NCBI RefSeq assembly: GCF_000143415.4
Contig: NW_003314317.1
Coordinates: forward strand, 124,001-188,000
Source: Selaginella moellendorffii
Taxonomy: Eukaryota; Plantae; Lycopodiophyta
Direction of reading: 5' to 3'
Length of the DNA: 64,000 nt
Below the pieces are notes generated by a model. That model saw only the letters and a list, made by a program, of their open reading frames with translations, did not search any database and was not told where the DNA came from. The position numbers were made by a program, and so were the translations under genes. Shown here one piece after another: positions 36,741 through 49,256 of the stretch (position 1 is the first letter of the stretch; each line of letters starts with the position of its first letter).

Positions 36741-37779
36741 ATGGCTGCAATCGTGTTGATGATTGCGTTTCTCGTGATGGCTGCAGCATGGAAGATGGTG
36801 TGTATCCGCAAGAGAGAAGAGAGGGCACGATTTCTAGCGTCGCTCCACCCCGTGAGAGACGCACACAAGATCCTGTGGTACATGTACTCGGTGGAATTCC
36901 CCTTCCTCTCGCAAAAGGCGCTCGAGTTTGGCACAATCCGCACGCTCGGCATCCCGGGGATCACAAAGTACCAAGACCAAGTACGGCCTCAAGGATCCGC
37001 AGAAGCGAGCCGCCGAGACCAACATTCTGGTGAGCGAGATGATCCACCACCACGTCGACAGCGATCGAGGCTCGTACGCGGTGAGGAGATTGAATGGAAT
37101 CCACAACAAATTCAAGATCCCAAACGACCAATTCGCCTACGTCCTCTGCCTCAACGTGGTCAGCCCCATTGATTTCTCCGAGAGATTTGGATTCCGCAAG
37201 TGGACCGACAGCGAGAAGGAGGCCGCGTATGTTGTGTGGCACGACGTGGGCGTGAGGATGGGCATCACAACCATCCCAGATAGCATTCCAGAGATGCGGG
37301 AGTACATTCGCGATTACGAGGCCAAGAACGCCATCTTCACGGACAAGAACAAGAGCATCGTCCAGGATCTCAAGCATCTGGTGCTGGATGCATTTCCTCA
37401 CCCCGTGCAGCCGCTGGTCGAGACTGGGATCTGTGCACTCATCGATCCCACAATCAGGAGCGCTGTTGGATTGGAAAGGCCTCCAGCAATTGTGGAGTGG
37501 ATCATCTTGGGTGCGTTCAAGCTGCTGGCCGGGAGCTTCGTGTCCGCGTTCTTGCCTCCCAGACGTGTGGAGGATGCAAAGGGCAGCATTGAGGTGGACT
37601 GGTGTCCCAATCCCGCTGCCAATCCGGAAGAGTACCGGCAGCTCAACGTGAATGTGTATCGGCCACCAGCATTCGAGAAGGGATACAAGCTGGCGGAGCT
37701 GGGAGCACTGAAATCAGGCAAGCTTGGACCATACTACGATGGAGGCTTGCGCTGCCCCTTCCGGCAAATGCACGCATAG
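36741..37779 (+). pseudogene. DUF2236/mpaB-like oxygenase copy A, frameshifted at ~36968
   Basis: TCTGCTCTT replaced by GTAC (net -5) relative to the intact copies. Confidence 0.85.
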
Positions 37780-37956
37780 GAATAGAACGGGCATAGGACA
37801 GTCGGTCGGAGAACAGAGCATCATTTAAAAATGCGTAGTTTACATGAATCTTTTTGTAATTTTAGCGGAAAGGTGGCTAACAAAACCAGATGTTCGAAAC
37901 AAAATTTAGTTTTATCCAAATGGGGAAAAAGAATATCAGAAACACACTTCTTTCTT

Positions 37957-38616
37957 TCAAGTGGCCATGATGACCTCCCGGAGGCGGTCGACGAGCTCCG
38001 GATTGATCTGGAACGCCTTCTCAAGCACAGCATCGGTGATGGCGGGATTGGACGCAAACACGGCCTTGGCAACTGCGGTGACACCGGCGTTCTGGGAGTT
38101 GAATCCCGCGAGAGCCACGGCAGGGGTCTCGCCGACATTGAGCTGGAAGTGCACAAGCCCCCGAGGGAACACGAAGAGATCACCTGGATGCAAGGTCTGC
38201 GCGAAGAGCGTGTTGTTGGTGGTGCTCACGAATCCCGCGTAGAGAGTCCCCTGCTGAACGTAGAGGATCTCAGTGCCCCGGGGATGGACGTGAGGGGCAT
38301 TGAGACCGAATGGAGCGTAGTCGACCCTTGCGAAGGAGACTCCTAGGGTGTTGAGCCCCGGGAAGGAGATCACGTTTCCGGCGGTGACGGCGGAGCCAAG
38401 CTTGTTGTTGGTGTTCCCGGATTTCTGGAGGCCCGAGAACTTGAAGTCGGCAGCGGCGGTGGCGGCAGCGGGCTTGCAGGTGAAGCCGTTGATGATGGGG
38501 GCAGCGGCGCTGGTGTCGCGCACGCAAAAGTCTTGGAGTGCGTCCGGGTCGGCGAGTGAGAATGCAGCAGAGATGGTGACGAGGATCGCGAGGAGAATTG
38601 CACGGGAACTAGACAT
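37957..38616 (-). CDS. Germin-like protein, copy A
   Basis: 219 aa; [31 protein letters not shown]. Confidence 0.95.
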   Translation of the reverse strand: MSSSRAILLAILVTISAAFSLADPDALQDFCVRDTSAAAPIINGFTCKPAAATAAADFKFSGLQKSGNTNNKLGSAVTAGNVISFPGLNTLGVSFARVDYAPFGLNAPHVHPRGTEILYVQQGTLYAGFVSTTNNTLFAQTLHPGDLFVFPRGLVHFQLNVGETPAVALAGFNSQNAGVTAVAKAVFASNPAITDAVLEKAFQINPELVDRLREVIMAT

Positions 38617-39317
38617 GGCGATGATGTTGCTTTGAATACTCGCTTCGCTTTGCTTTCTTGGTGATAGAAACCAGGAGATTAGCAGATTGATGTTGTTCTT
38701 TCTTGAGAAGCTCCTTGTTGCTCTTGAGAGATGGAATGCTCTCCTGATTTTGCTGGCTTTTGAAGTGGGATGAGATGCTTGGTTTGATCTCAAGGCTAAG
38801 ATCGTTTATATAGTCGCAGAAAAACACTGACTTTGTCAAACTGATTTCTCCGAGGATGACGAAATCCAGTGTGTAGGGAGTCACAAAACAAAAGGCAACG
38901 CGTATATCAAACTATTGCTAAGCCTTGTGCCGGCCCGCCTTTGTGCAGTTCATCTCCACCAGGGTCGGCAGCAGCATATTAAAGAAGCATCTTCTTGAAG
39001 TTTAAAGAAATAAATAAGAGACAGAACTTTGCTCAAGAACATTTCTCTGGAAGAGTAAGAGCTGCAAGGAGCTCTGGAGGAGGATTGTCAAGAATCAGCG
39101 AGGTGTGAAGGGCCCTCCTTCGCAGTGGGATGTTGACAAGGTCTGTCGTAAACCCACATCCTCACGATGTGGCATTAGACAAAAAGAGATACATTGTGCA
39201 TGCAAAACACAGAACCTCCATCCCCTTCATTGATCTTGCAATTCTTGAGCGGCTCCTCAGCCTTGGAGCAGCATCCATATGAAGGAGAACAAGGTGCTAG
39301 TAAAAATTTGTTCTTGT

Positions 39318-42124
39318 TCACCAGAACCCTCCACAAGAGCATTTCCCATCTTCAAACACATGAAACCTGCTCGAATCCCTGCACACCACACTCCTCTTCT
39401 CAACCCTCGAAACGAAAGCAGTCACAGCGTGACAATCCTCGCAAACCCTCAAGTTCTTGGCAATCCGAATGGGACCCTCATCACCCTTCAAGTTGATGAG
39501 CGCGCAAGCCATAGCAAACCTCTCACTATGCCCACACAAGGCATCCCTCCTATCCCCCTCGGCCATCCCTTCGCCCCGCAAGGCACACCTCAAATCCGGG
39601 ACGAAGCCGTGATCGCAAATCTTGGCCATAAACTCCGCCACCTTTGCCACGATCATCTCGCCCTGCGGGTGATGGCTGCAATCCCCGGCCCAAAACCTGT
39701 GCACGCCACCGCCCTCGTCGATCCACCAGCTTTCTCCAGCTTGCTTGAAAGCTCCCACACTCCTCCGCATGGCCTGGATCGCCATGGATTCCTCCCACAT
39801 TCCAGCGCCAGCGTATGCATTCGCCATGAGAGCGTACGCCGCGCCGTCGCCAGCGTCGATCTTGACGAGCTCCTCGAACGCCACCCTCCCGATCTCGGTG
39901 TTCCTCCACTTGGAGCACGCGCCCAGTAGCGTCGTCCAGATCATCGCGTTGGGTTCCAGCGGCATCGCACGGATCGTCGCGAGCGCATCGCCCAGGTGCC
40001 GCGCTCGCCCCAGGAGATCCACCATGCAGCCGTAGTGCTCGATCTTTGGAGCTATGCCGTGGTGGAGCTCCATTGCCAGGAAGAACTCGCGGCCCTTGTC
40101 CACGAGCCCGGCGCGGCTGCACGAGGTGAGGATCGAGAAGAAGGTAGGGCTCGTCGGCGGGATCTTTCGCTCGATCATCCGGTCGAAGAGCTCGAAGACG
40201 CGATCCTCGCGCGATCCCTGGTGGCTGTATCCGGCGATGAGCGCGTTGTAAGTCACGGAATCTCTCTCACCACTGGCGATGGCGTCGAAGATCCTGTGAG
40301 CTTCTTCCACCTCTCCACACCTTCCATAGAAACCAATGAGGGAATTCGCCACCACCGTGCTGTTCTTGAGCCGCCCGGCACGGATCATCGCGTGGATCTT
40401 CTTCCCGGTCGCCAGATCCGCGAGGCTGGCGCACGCCTTGAGTGCTGCGATGAAGCTCTGCGCGCTGGCCTCCATTCTTTCCTGCTGGACCAAGCGGTGG
40501 AAGAGCTCCAGCGCGATCTCGCCATCGCCGGCGTGGGCGTAGCTAGCGATCATCGCGTTCCACGCCACGAGATCCCGCCGGGGCAGCCGATCGAACACCC
40601 CTCTCGCCTCCGCCACCGATCCAGCTCGCGAGTAGCCCTCGATGAGCGCGCTGGCGACAAAGAGATTGGTCTCGAATCCATCCCTGGCGAGCTGCGTGTG
40701 GATTGCTGCGATGCTCTCCACGCTCGCGGCCTTCACCACTCTCCCATTCATCGATCTCTTCCCTTCCTCACTGGCTCCTGCGGCGATGGAAGCCTTGATC
40801 CCCGCGACGTAAGCCCGCGCATCGATCGCCGAAAGCTCGCTCCTCATCCTCGCGAATGCCGCAAGAGCTCGTTGGCCATCGCCGCACTGCGCATAGCCCA
40901 TCACCATCGTCGTCCACGCCGCCACACTCTTGCGATCGATCCTCTCAAAGATTGTGCTCGCCTCGTCCATTCTCCCACACTTGGCGCACAGGTCCACCAT
41001 CGCAGTGGCCGCGAATCCATCCAGATCGTCGCCGGTCACCGCGAGGAAGCCATAGATCACCCGTCCTCGATCCAAGAACACCGCCCTCGATGGGATCTTC
41101 TTCTCCTTGGCAGCAGCGATGGCGCAATCTCCGATAGCCGCCACGCTCGCCCGGCGATTGATCGCGAGCCCGTGCCGTCTCATCCGATCAAAGAACTCAA
41201 CCGCCGCGGCCACCTCGCCGGATTGGACGTAGCCCAGGATCAGTGCCGTCCACGCCAGCGCGTTGCGACGATCGCCCAGGAAGACTTTCCTTGCATCAGC
41301 CATGCTTCCACACTTGGAATACATCTCCACCAGCGCGCTCGCCACGGATGGATCTCTCTCGAGATTCAAACTGGAGAGCTTTGCGTGGAGAGCTCTCCCT
41401 CTCTCCAGGCTCGCCATCTTCCCATGATCTTCGCTGGTGGCCATGCTCGAGCAAGCAGTGATCGCAGCAATGAAACTCCTAGCATCTGGTCTGACGTGAC
41501 GATCGTTTTCTTTCTCCATCCGGTGGAAGATCTCCAAGGCCATGACTCCTTTGCCAGTGTGAGCGTATCCCTCGATGAGCGCGTTCCAGGAATCCAAGCC
41601 TCGCTCCACTGGCATTGTCTCGAAGAGCTGGCGGGCTGTGGCGATGCTGCCACACTTCGCGTACATTTCCACCAGAGCGTTCCATATGCCGGTGTGGAGG
41701 TCTCTCCCATCGCCGTGGAGATGGACTAGCTCGGCGTGGATTCTCGAGCCTCGATCTAGATCCCGGATGGAGCGGCAGGCTTTGAGAGCGGCGATGGAGG
41801 TGGCGAGAGGCGGAGTGGTGCCGGAGTCGAGCGTTTCTTGGTAAGCTTGTCGAGCTTCTCTGTTGTTGATCTTCTTCCGGGAAGATGATTTGGGAAGAGA
41901 TGGATCGCTAAATTTCTTTGACTCGAGATTTTCGCATCGATCGATCCATTTCTTCTCACAGGTGGAAGTCGACTGTGGTACAAAGAAAGAAATGAAATAG
42001 ACTGCGAAATAAGAAGAAACTCTACCTTCTTCTTCCTTTCGTGGAGATGCCCTTGCTCCATGGCCGCATTCCTTAGGAAAGAACAGATCGCGGGCGCTCT
42101 TGAGATGGGCAGGGGCAAGCGCAT
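39318..42124 (-). CDS. PLS-class PPR protein with DYW (WW-type) deaminase domain; organellar RNA-editing factor
   Basis: PLS repeats, E domain, GESWW, HSE..NLRVCEDCH..HVF..CSCGGFW; probable 53-nt intron at 41973-42025. Confidence 0.92.
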
Positions 42125-42205
42125 CGCGGCCCATTGCCCAAGAACCCTAATCCCCATTTCTCTACGCGGGGGTTTTAGCTGCTCTGTTTTTCTAGGGTTA
42201 GGTCG

Positions 42206-43404
42206 ATGCTGCTACTGGCGCTATGGGCGACGCTGGCGACGATCGCGTCCACAACCGGTGAGACTAGCCCTCTCTCCAATTGGATTGATGTGATCGCATT
42301 CTTCGGGCAGGAGAGATATGCGTCTCGCAAGGCAATCGATTCCCGAAATTCTCCCTGGAGGGGTGGGCTCCTCGCAAATCGCCCCGCGGCACAGACGCGC
42401 TGAAGCTGTGTAGGATCTTCAGCGGCAGGACGTGCTGCACAGGGATCCAGACGCAACACGCGCTGCTAGCACTGAGAAATCTGGCCGTGAATGGAGAGGG
42501 CGATGAGGTGTGCCAGTCCGTGTGGGAAGTTCTCGAGTGCTCCGTGTGTCATCCTCGGGTTGGAACTTCGCCGGGGCCTCCAGCGATCTGCCAGGATTTT
42601 TGCAATGTGGTATTCTCGTCTTGCTCCTCGGCATTCTTCGCCATGGATCAACCCAAGCAAGTAAGCTTTTTTCTTTCCTTTCTTTCTTCCTTTAACACCA
42701 TCTTAGTTCTTCTCGAGCTTTCTTTCTTTGTTTTCTCTTCTTCCGATCATCTTGCTTCCTGCTTTTGTTAAGTTTTTCTCTTCGCCAGAGTCTTCGTCAC
42801 CTCATTCTTCTCGAGCTTTGGTTTTTTCTTTGGTTTTGGTTTTGGTGTTGGTTTTTGGTTGTCCTATCTACTCGCATTGTAGAGGAAGGACTGATATCTT
42901 TCGATTCATACAGGCTCTGCTACCTTGCGGCTCGTCCGAGATTATCTGCGCGCAAGGAACGGAGTGGACAAGGAACAGTAGCCACTTCTGCGAGTTAGCC
43001 GGCTTCCGAGTGGTGGAACGCGCAAGCGGAGAGTTTTGCTACGATGGAACGCCAGGGGAATCACTGGAGAAGACGAGTCCATCAAGCAAAGATCAGAAAA
43101 AGAAGAAGCAGAAGAAGCAAGACAGAACGCCGAGTCCGGAAAGCCCGAGCAAGAAGTTTGATCGCGCGTTCCTGATGACGGACAAAGTTCTCTGGGCGGT
43201 CGCAGGCCTCGTTCTCACAGCCGGTGCCGTGCTCTTCAGGTGAATTTTTTTTTTCTTTCTTCTCCTTTTTTTTTAGGCTGAGTCGCTTTCTGTTTTGGAT
43301 CCAGGCAAAGAGGATCACGATCTCGGCAGCGTCGAGCCGCACTGATGAAATCACTAAAAGAGGCGAGATCTTCACAGCAGGCGGCGTACGATAAGAAAAG
43401 CTAA
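42206..43404 (+). CDS. Folate-receptor-like (Cys-rich) membrane protein, 4 exons
   Basis: Signal peptide; CVSQGNRFP, LCRIFSGRTCC, WEVLECSVCHPRVG..GPPAICQDFC, CYDG; TM segment WAVAGLVLTAG. Confidence 0.85.
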
Positions 43405-44117
43405 GCTTTTCTTGTGTATTTTTACTTCTGTAAAGATGCATTTGTTATTTGCATCTCTAAAGACATGGCGCGTCGACCTTACCAGGACTCAAAAGCGGAA
43501 GCTGTTGATGCTTGGTTTGCAGCTTGTCATGCCGATTGTGGAAGAAGCTGCTGCCATAGTTTCTTTCTTTATAGCTGAACAGGAAGCATTGCTTGAGAGT
43601 ACGGAGAGGTCCAATGCTTCACTGCAAAAGAGGGCCCTTCACACTTCACTGATTCTTGATAATCCCCCTCCACAGCTCTTACTCTTCCAGAGGAAAGTTC
43701 TTGATCAAAGTTGTGTTTCTTATTTATTTCTTCAAAATCCAAGAAAATGCTTCTTTAATATGGTGCTACCGACCATGGTGGAGATGAACTGCACAAAGGC
43801 GGGCCGGCACCAGGCATAGGAATAGTTTGATATACGCGTTGCCTTTTGTTTTGCGACTCCCTACACACTGGATCTCTTCATCCTCGGAAACATCAGTTTG
43901 ACAAAGTCAGTGTTTTTCTGCAACTATATAACCGATCATAGCTTTGAGATCCTACCAAACATCTCATCCCAAGCCAGCAAACATTTCAGGGCAACATTTC
44001 ATCTCTCAGGAGCAACAAGGAGCTTCTCAAGAAAGAACAACATCGATCTGCTAAATCTCCTGGTTTCTATCACCAAGAAGGCAAAGCGAAGCGAGTTTTC
44101 AAAACGAGATCATCGCC

Positions 44118-44777
44118 ATGTCTAGTTCCCGTGCAATTCTCCTCGCGATCCTCGTCACCATCTCTGCTGCATTCTCACTCGCCGACCCGGATGCACTCCA
44201 AGACTTTTGCGTGCGCGACACCAGCGCCGCTGCCCCCATCATCAACGGCTTCACCTGCAAGCCCGCTGCCGCCACCGCCGCTGCCGACTTCAAGTTCTCG
44301 GGCCTCCAGAAATCCGGGAACACCAACAACAAGCTTGGCTCCGCCGTCACCGCCGCAAACGTGATCTCCTTCCCGGGGCTCAACACCCTCGGAGTCTCCT
44401 TCGCAAGGGTCGACTACGCTCCATTCGGTCTCAATGCCCCGCACGTCCATCCCCGGGCCACTGAGATCCTCTACGTTCAGCAGGGGACTCTCTACGCGGG
44501 ATTCGTGAGCACCACCAACAACACGCTCTTCGCGCAGACCTTGCATCCGGGTGATCTCTTTGTGTTCCCTCGGGGCCTTGTGCACTTCCAGCTCAATGTC
44601 GGCGAGACCCCTGCGGTGGCTCTTGCAGGATTCAACTCCCAGAACGCAGGTGTCACCGCGGTCGCCAAGGCCGTGTTTGCGTCCAATCCCGCCATCACCG
44701 ATGCTGTGCTTGAGAAGGCGTTCCAGATCAATCCGGAGCTCGTCGACCGCCTCCGGGAGGTCATCATGGCCACTTAG
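44118..44777 (+). CDS. Germin-like protein, copy B
   Basis: [12 protein letters not shown] and FPRGLVHFQ intact. Confidence 0.95.
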   Translation: MSSSRAILLAILVTISAAFSLADPDALQDFCVRDTSAAAPIINGFTCKPAAATAAADFKFSGLQKSGNTNNKLGSAVTAANVISFPGLNTLGVSFARVDYAPFGLNAPHVHPRATEILYVQQGTLYAGFVSTTNNTLFAQTLHPGDLFVFPRGLVHFQLNVGETPAVALAGFNSQNAGVTAVAKAVFASNPAITDAVLEKAFQINPELVDRLREVIMAT

Positions 44778-44954
44778 TGTGTTTCTCTTTGTGTATGATA
44801 TTCTTTTTCCCCATTTGGATAAAACTAAATTTTGCTTCGAACATCTGGTTTTGTTAGCCACCTTTCCGCTAAAATTACAAAAAGATTCATGTAAACTACG
44901 CATTTTCAAATGATGCTCTGTTCTCCGACCGACTGTCCTATGCCCGTTCTATTC

Positions 44955-45998
44955 CTATGCGTGCATTTGCCGGAAGGGGCAGCGCAAGCCTCCATCGTAG
45001 TATGGTCCAAGCTTGCCTGATTTCAGTGCTCCCAGCTCCGCCAGCTTGTATCCCTTCTCGAATGCTGGTGGCCGATACACATTCACGTTGAGCTGCCGGT
45101 ACTCTTCCGGATTGGCAGCGGGATTGGGACACCAGTCCACTTCAATGCTGCCCTTTGCATCCTCCACACGTCTGGGAGGCAAGAACGCGGACACGAAGCT
45201 CCCGGCCAGCAGCCTGAACGCACCCAAGATGATCCACTCCACAATTGCTGGAGGCCTTTCCAATCCAACAGCGCTCCTGATTGTGGGATCGATGAGTGCA
45301 CAGATCCCAGTCTCGACCAGCGGCTGCACGGGGCGAGGAAATGCATCCAGCACCAGATGCTTGAGATCCTGGACGATGCTCTTGTTCTTGTCCGTGAAGA
45401 CGGCGTTCTTGGCTTCGTAATCGCGAATGTACTCCCGCATCTCTGGAATGCTATCTGGGATGGTTGTGATGCCCATCCTCACGCCCACGTCGTGCCACAC
45501 AACATACGCGGCCTCCTTCTCGCTGTCGGTCCACTTGCGGAATCCAAATCTCTCGGAGAAATCAATGGGGCTGACCACGTTGAGGCAGAGGACGTAGGCG
45601 AATTGGTCGTTTGGGATCTTGAATTTGTTGTGGATTCCATTCAATCTCCTCACCGCGTACGAGCCGCGATCGCTGTCGACGTGGTGGTGGATCATCTCGC
45701 TCACCAGAATGTTGGTCTCGGCGGCGCGCTTCTGCGGATCCTTGAGGCCGTACTTGGTCTTGAAGAGCAGATTTGTGATCCCCGGGATGCCGAGCGTGCG
45801 GATTGTGCCAAACTCGAGCGCCTTTTGCGAGAGGAAGGGGAATTCCACCGAGTACATGTACCACAGGATCTTGTGTGCGTCTCTCACGGGGTGGAGCGAC
45901 GCTAGAAATCGTGCCCTCTCTTCTCTCTTGCGGATACACACCATCTTCCATGCTGCAGCCATCACGAGAAACGCAATCATCAACACGATTGCAGCCAT
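44955..45998 (-). CDS. DUF2236 / ER-bound oxygenase mpaB / Lcp-like protein with N-terminal membrane anchor, copy B
   Basis: 347 aa, intronless; EFPF...IPGI..LL, KRAAET, RLNGIH, YVL, ERFGFR..TDSEK..WHDVGVRMGI..IP. Confidence 0.8.
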   Translation of the reverse strand: MAAIVLMIAFLVMAAAWKMVCIRKREERARFLASLHPVRDAHKILWYMYSVEFPFLSQKALEFGTIRTLGIPGITNLLFKTKYGLKDPQKRAAETNILVSEMIHHHVDSDRGSYAVRRLNGIHNKFKIPNDQFAYVLCLNVVSPIDFSERFGFRKWTDSEKEAAYVVWHDVGVRMGITTIPDSIPEMREYIRDYEAKNAVFTDKNKSIVQDLKHLVLDAFPRPVQPLVETGICALIDPTIRSAVGLERPPAIVEWIILGAFRLLAGSFVSAFLPPRRVEDAKGSIEVDWCPNPAANPEEYRQLNVNVYRPPAFEKGYKLAELGALKSGKLGPYYDGGLRCPFRQMHA

Positions 45999-46319
45999 GT
46001 TGAAATTGATCGATCTGATCAACTTGATTGGAGAATGGCTGCTTTTGTTTTCTACTCCTCTGTGGGTTGAGGAAACAGAGGCTGGAGAAGGGTCTTTTAT
46101 ACTATCAGAGCTATCATTTCACGTTTTTTTTATTTCCGTGTGATCCGTATTTTGTACCATACACGTAGCCATATACTTGGGAGAGAAATCTTTTTTGTTT
46201 TATTCGGTGCACGTTTTCCATACAATTATCTGGTCCATGCAATATATCGGTCCTACCAACTTCGTTTAAGATAGTTTCACCATCCACAAAGTAATGTAGG
46301 TTTTCACGAAATATAATCC

Positions 46320-46830
46320 CACGGGCTTTTCTTCCTTGCCTTCGCCCCTCCTCCTCCTCCTCTTCCTTCATCACGGGTTCGTATGCCTCCCCGATGTCTT
46401 CCGGACACGACTTGATCCACTGGCTGCAAATCGGGCACTTCATCTGGATGGTCGATATTTGCACCACGCACTCCTCACACATGAGATGGTTGCACGGCAG
46501 CAGCGCTTTTGTTCTCGTCCCCTCCCCGCATACACTGCACTCAGGATCATATTTATCCTGTAGCTGGCATTCGGCTTAGGCACCGTACAGCGTACGATGA
46601 GCTGCCACCCTTCCGCCATAGCCGTGATCTTGGCCCCGAGCACGTACTTGATGGCAGCGAAGCCGTAATCTCCAACTGCCCGAATCTCCAAGGATTGTCG
46701 TGAGGATGAGATCCACGAAGGAGCCCTAGTCGAAGAACCAGCTCAATCCCAGGCCAAAGACCGTAAGCTTGTGACATTGGGGTGATCTTGGTGAGATCTA
46801 GGAAGCGTGATTGTTGATGTGTTCTTGTTG
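46320..46830 (-). pseudogene. RING-HC gene remnant, copy B
   Basis: LLPCNHLMCEEC..KCPIC with frameshifts. Confidence 0.65.
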
Positions 46831-47199
46831 TTGCTGACTGCTAAAGGAAGTTGTGGTTTTACTACCTTGTTGTTGCTGCCTACTTACGTGGTTTTACTAC
46901 TTTCAATCTTGATTTTTTTGTTGTTTCCATAGCAAAAAATTGTAAAAAATAGTTAACACAACTCAAGCTACTTCTCTCTACACTTCTTATGCAGGCAACA
47001 ATGAATGGAAATGACTAGTGGCTGGCTCACTGGTTTGATCGAGCATGATAGTAAGGACTTCATACTGCCACTGCTTCTTTCCCCGCTGCTGGGCGGCCTT
47101 TTAAGCGAGTTGCTCGTATTTAACCCAGGGCACAAAATGTGGAGCATAGTCATTAAGTAATCCCCATCATTCTGTGAAGTTTTACTCATCGAGATTTGG

Positions 47200-48600
47200 T
47201 TCTAAGAGATAACTTGCTCAAGCTGGGCATGCTCCTCCCTCCTCCCTACAGCTGCCGCATAGATATTCGCCATGAGAACGTAAGCTCAAACACCACCCTT
47301 CCAAACTCCATATTCTTCCAATTCGCACACGCGCCAGCACCACCATCCAAATCCTCACGTTTGCTTCCACCGGCATGCTCCTCAAAACACCTACAGCCTC
47401 CTCGATTTTGTTTTCTCCTCCCAGCAAATCCACCAGGCAAGTGCAGTGCTTGATCCCAAGAGCTAAATCGCATGTTTTCTTCAGCATCTCGAAGAGCTCC
47501 CTGCCTGGATCGACCAGTCCGGCAGCCGTGAGAACCGAGAGGAATGTTGGAGCATCCAGCTTGCACCACTCCTCTTGCATCCTCCCGAACAATTCAAACA
47601 CCTTGGCAGTGTTTCGTGGATGGCGGTATCCTGCTATCAGTGCGTTCCAAGTTACCGACTCTCGCCTCCCCTCAGGAGTGGCAAACACTCGCTGGGCTTC
47701 CACCATGCTGCCGCATTGGCCGTAGACAAAACCAGTATAAAAGGCACATTCTCTACGATAAAAATCTCCACACTGTCTGCGTCCTAGTCCCTGACCAAGC
47801 TCCGGCCGATTTTCAGCAGCCTCTTTAAGCCCGAGTCATTGTTCTTGATCTTGTGCGGGACGTAGATCACTTCCACATCCGGAGGGATTGGTCTCGCTGC
47901 TATCATGCCTTGCACTCGCGGCTGGAAGCTCGCGGCCTTGATCTCTTGCTGCAAGCTTCCATCCTTTGTCGCCATCTTAGTTCTTTTTCTTTCCTTCTTC
48001 TCTCTTCGTGATTGTTTCCTCTTATCTTGCTTCGAGCTTTTGTTAAGTTTTCGGTCTTCTTCATCACTTGATTCTTCTCGAGCTTTTGGTTTTGTTGGTT
48101 TTGGGTTTGGGTTCTCTAAAATGCAAGAAGATAAGCAACAGGAAGGATTGATATCTTTCGATTCATACAGGCTCTGTTATCCGAGGTCATCTGCGTGCAA
48201 GGAACGGAGCAAGGAACAGTAGCCACGTCTGCGAGTTAGCTGGCTTTTGAGTGGTGGAACGCCTGCAACCGCCCAGAGAACTTTGTCCGTCATCAGGAAG
48301 GCGCGATCAAACTTCTTCCTTGGGCTTCCTGGACTTGCCGTTCTTTCGTGCTTCTTCTTTTTCTGATCTTGCTTGCCCAATGACTCCCCTGGCATTCCAT
48401 TGTAGCAAACCTCTCCGCTTGCGCCTCGTTCTCACTGCCGGTGCCATGCTCTTCAGGTGAAAAAAAAGCTTCTCCTTTTTTGAGGCTTATAGTCGCTTTG
48501 TGTTTGATCCGGGCGCAGCGTTGAGCGGCACTAATGAAATCACTGAAAGAGGCGAGAGCTTCTCGCATTTGTTATTTGCCACATCAGCAAATATAACTCC
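47200..48600. pseudogene. Mosaic: PPR 3' fragment, COP1-interacting-like 3' end, folate-receptor-like fragments with a small inversion
   Basis: Same junction series as 31075-31720; ~48265-48405 is an inverted copy of folate-receptor exon 3 sequence. Confidence 0.8.
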
Positions 48601-49256
48601 ACGTCAGCACTAAATCAGGACTCAACATGTTCAACATGACTCAAAAGAGGAAGCGATTGATGCTTGGTTTTCATCGCATAGTTTCTTTTTTTTTCTAGCT
48701 GAAGAGGAACAATACGTTCAGAGTAAATGCTCGAGAGTATATTGGGCTTTTCATGCTTCACTGCAAAAGAGGGCCCTTCACACTTCACTGATTCTTGACA
48801 ATCCCCCTCCACAGCTCTTACTCTTCCAGAGGAAAGTTCTTGATCAAAGTTGTGTTTCTTATTTATTTCTTTAAAATCCAAGAAAATGCTTCTTTAATAT
48901 GGTGCTACCAACCATGGTGGAGATGAACTGCACAAAGGCGGGCCGGCACCAGGCATAGGAATAGTTTGATATACGCGTTGCCTTTTGTTTTGCGACTCCC
49001 TACACACTGGATTTCTTCATCCTCGGAAACATCAGTTTGACAAAGTCAGTGTTTTTCTGCAACTATATAACCGATCATAGCTTTGAGATCCTACCAAACA
49101 TCTCATCCCAAGCCAGCAAACATTTCAGGGCAACATTTCATCTCTCAGGAGCAACAAGGAGCTTCTCAAGAAAGAACAACATCGATCTGCTAAATCTCCT
49201 GGTTTCTATCACCAAGAAAGCAAAGCGAAGCGAGTTTTCAAAACGAGATCATCGCC

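Noticed and set aside
37957-38793. 278-aa N-terminally extended germin (and the 402-aa extended oxygenase at 50085-51293)
   Set aside because: The extensions start at non-ATG codons or are not conserved between copies; signal or anchor sequences begin at the downstream ATGs
39279-41844. Plus-strand ORFs (216 aa, 577 aa and others)
   Set aside because: Antisense shadows of the GC-rich PPR gene
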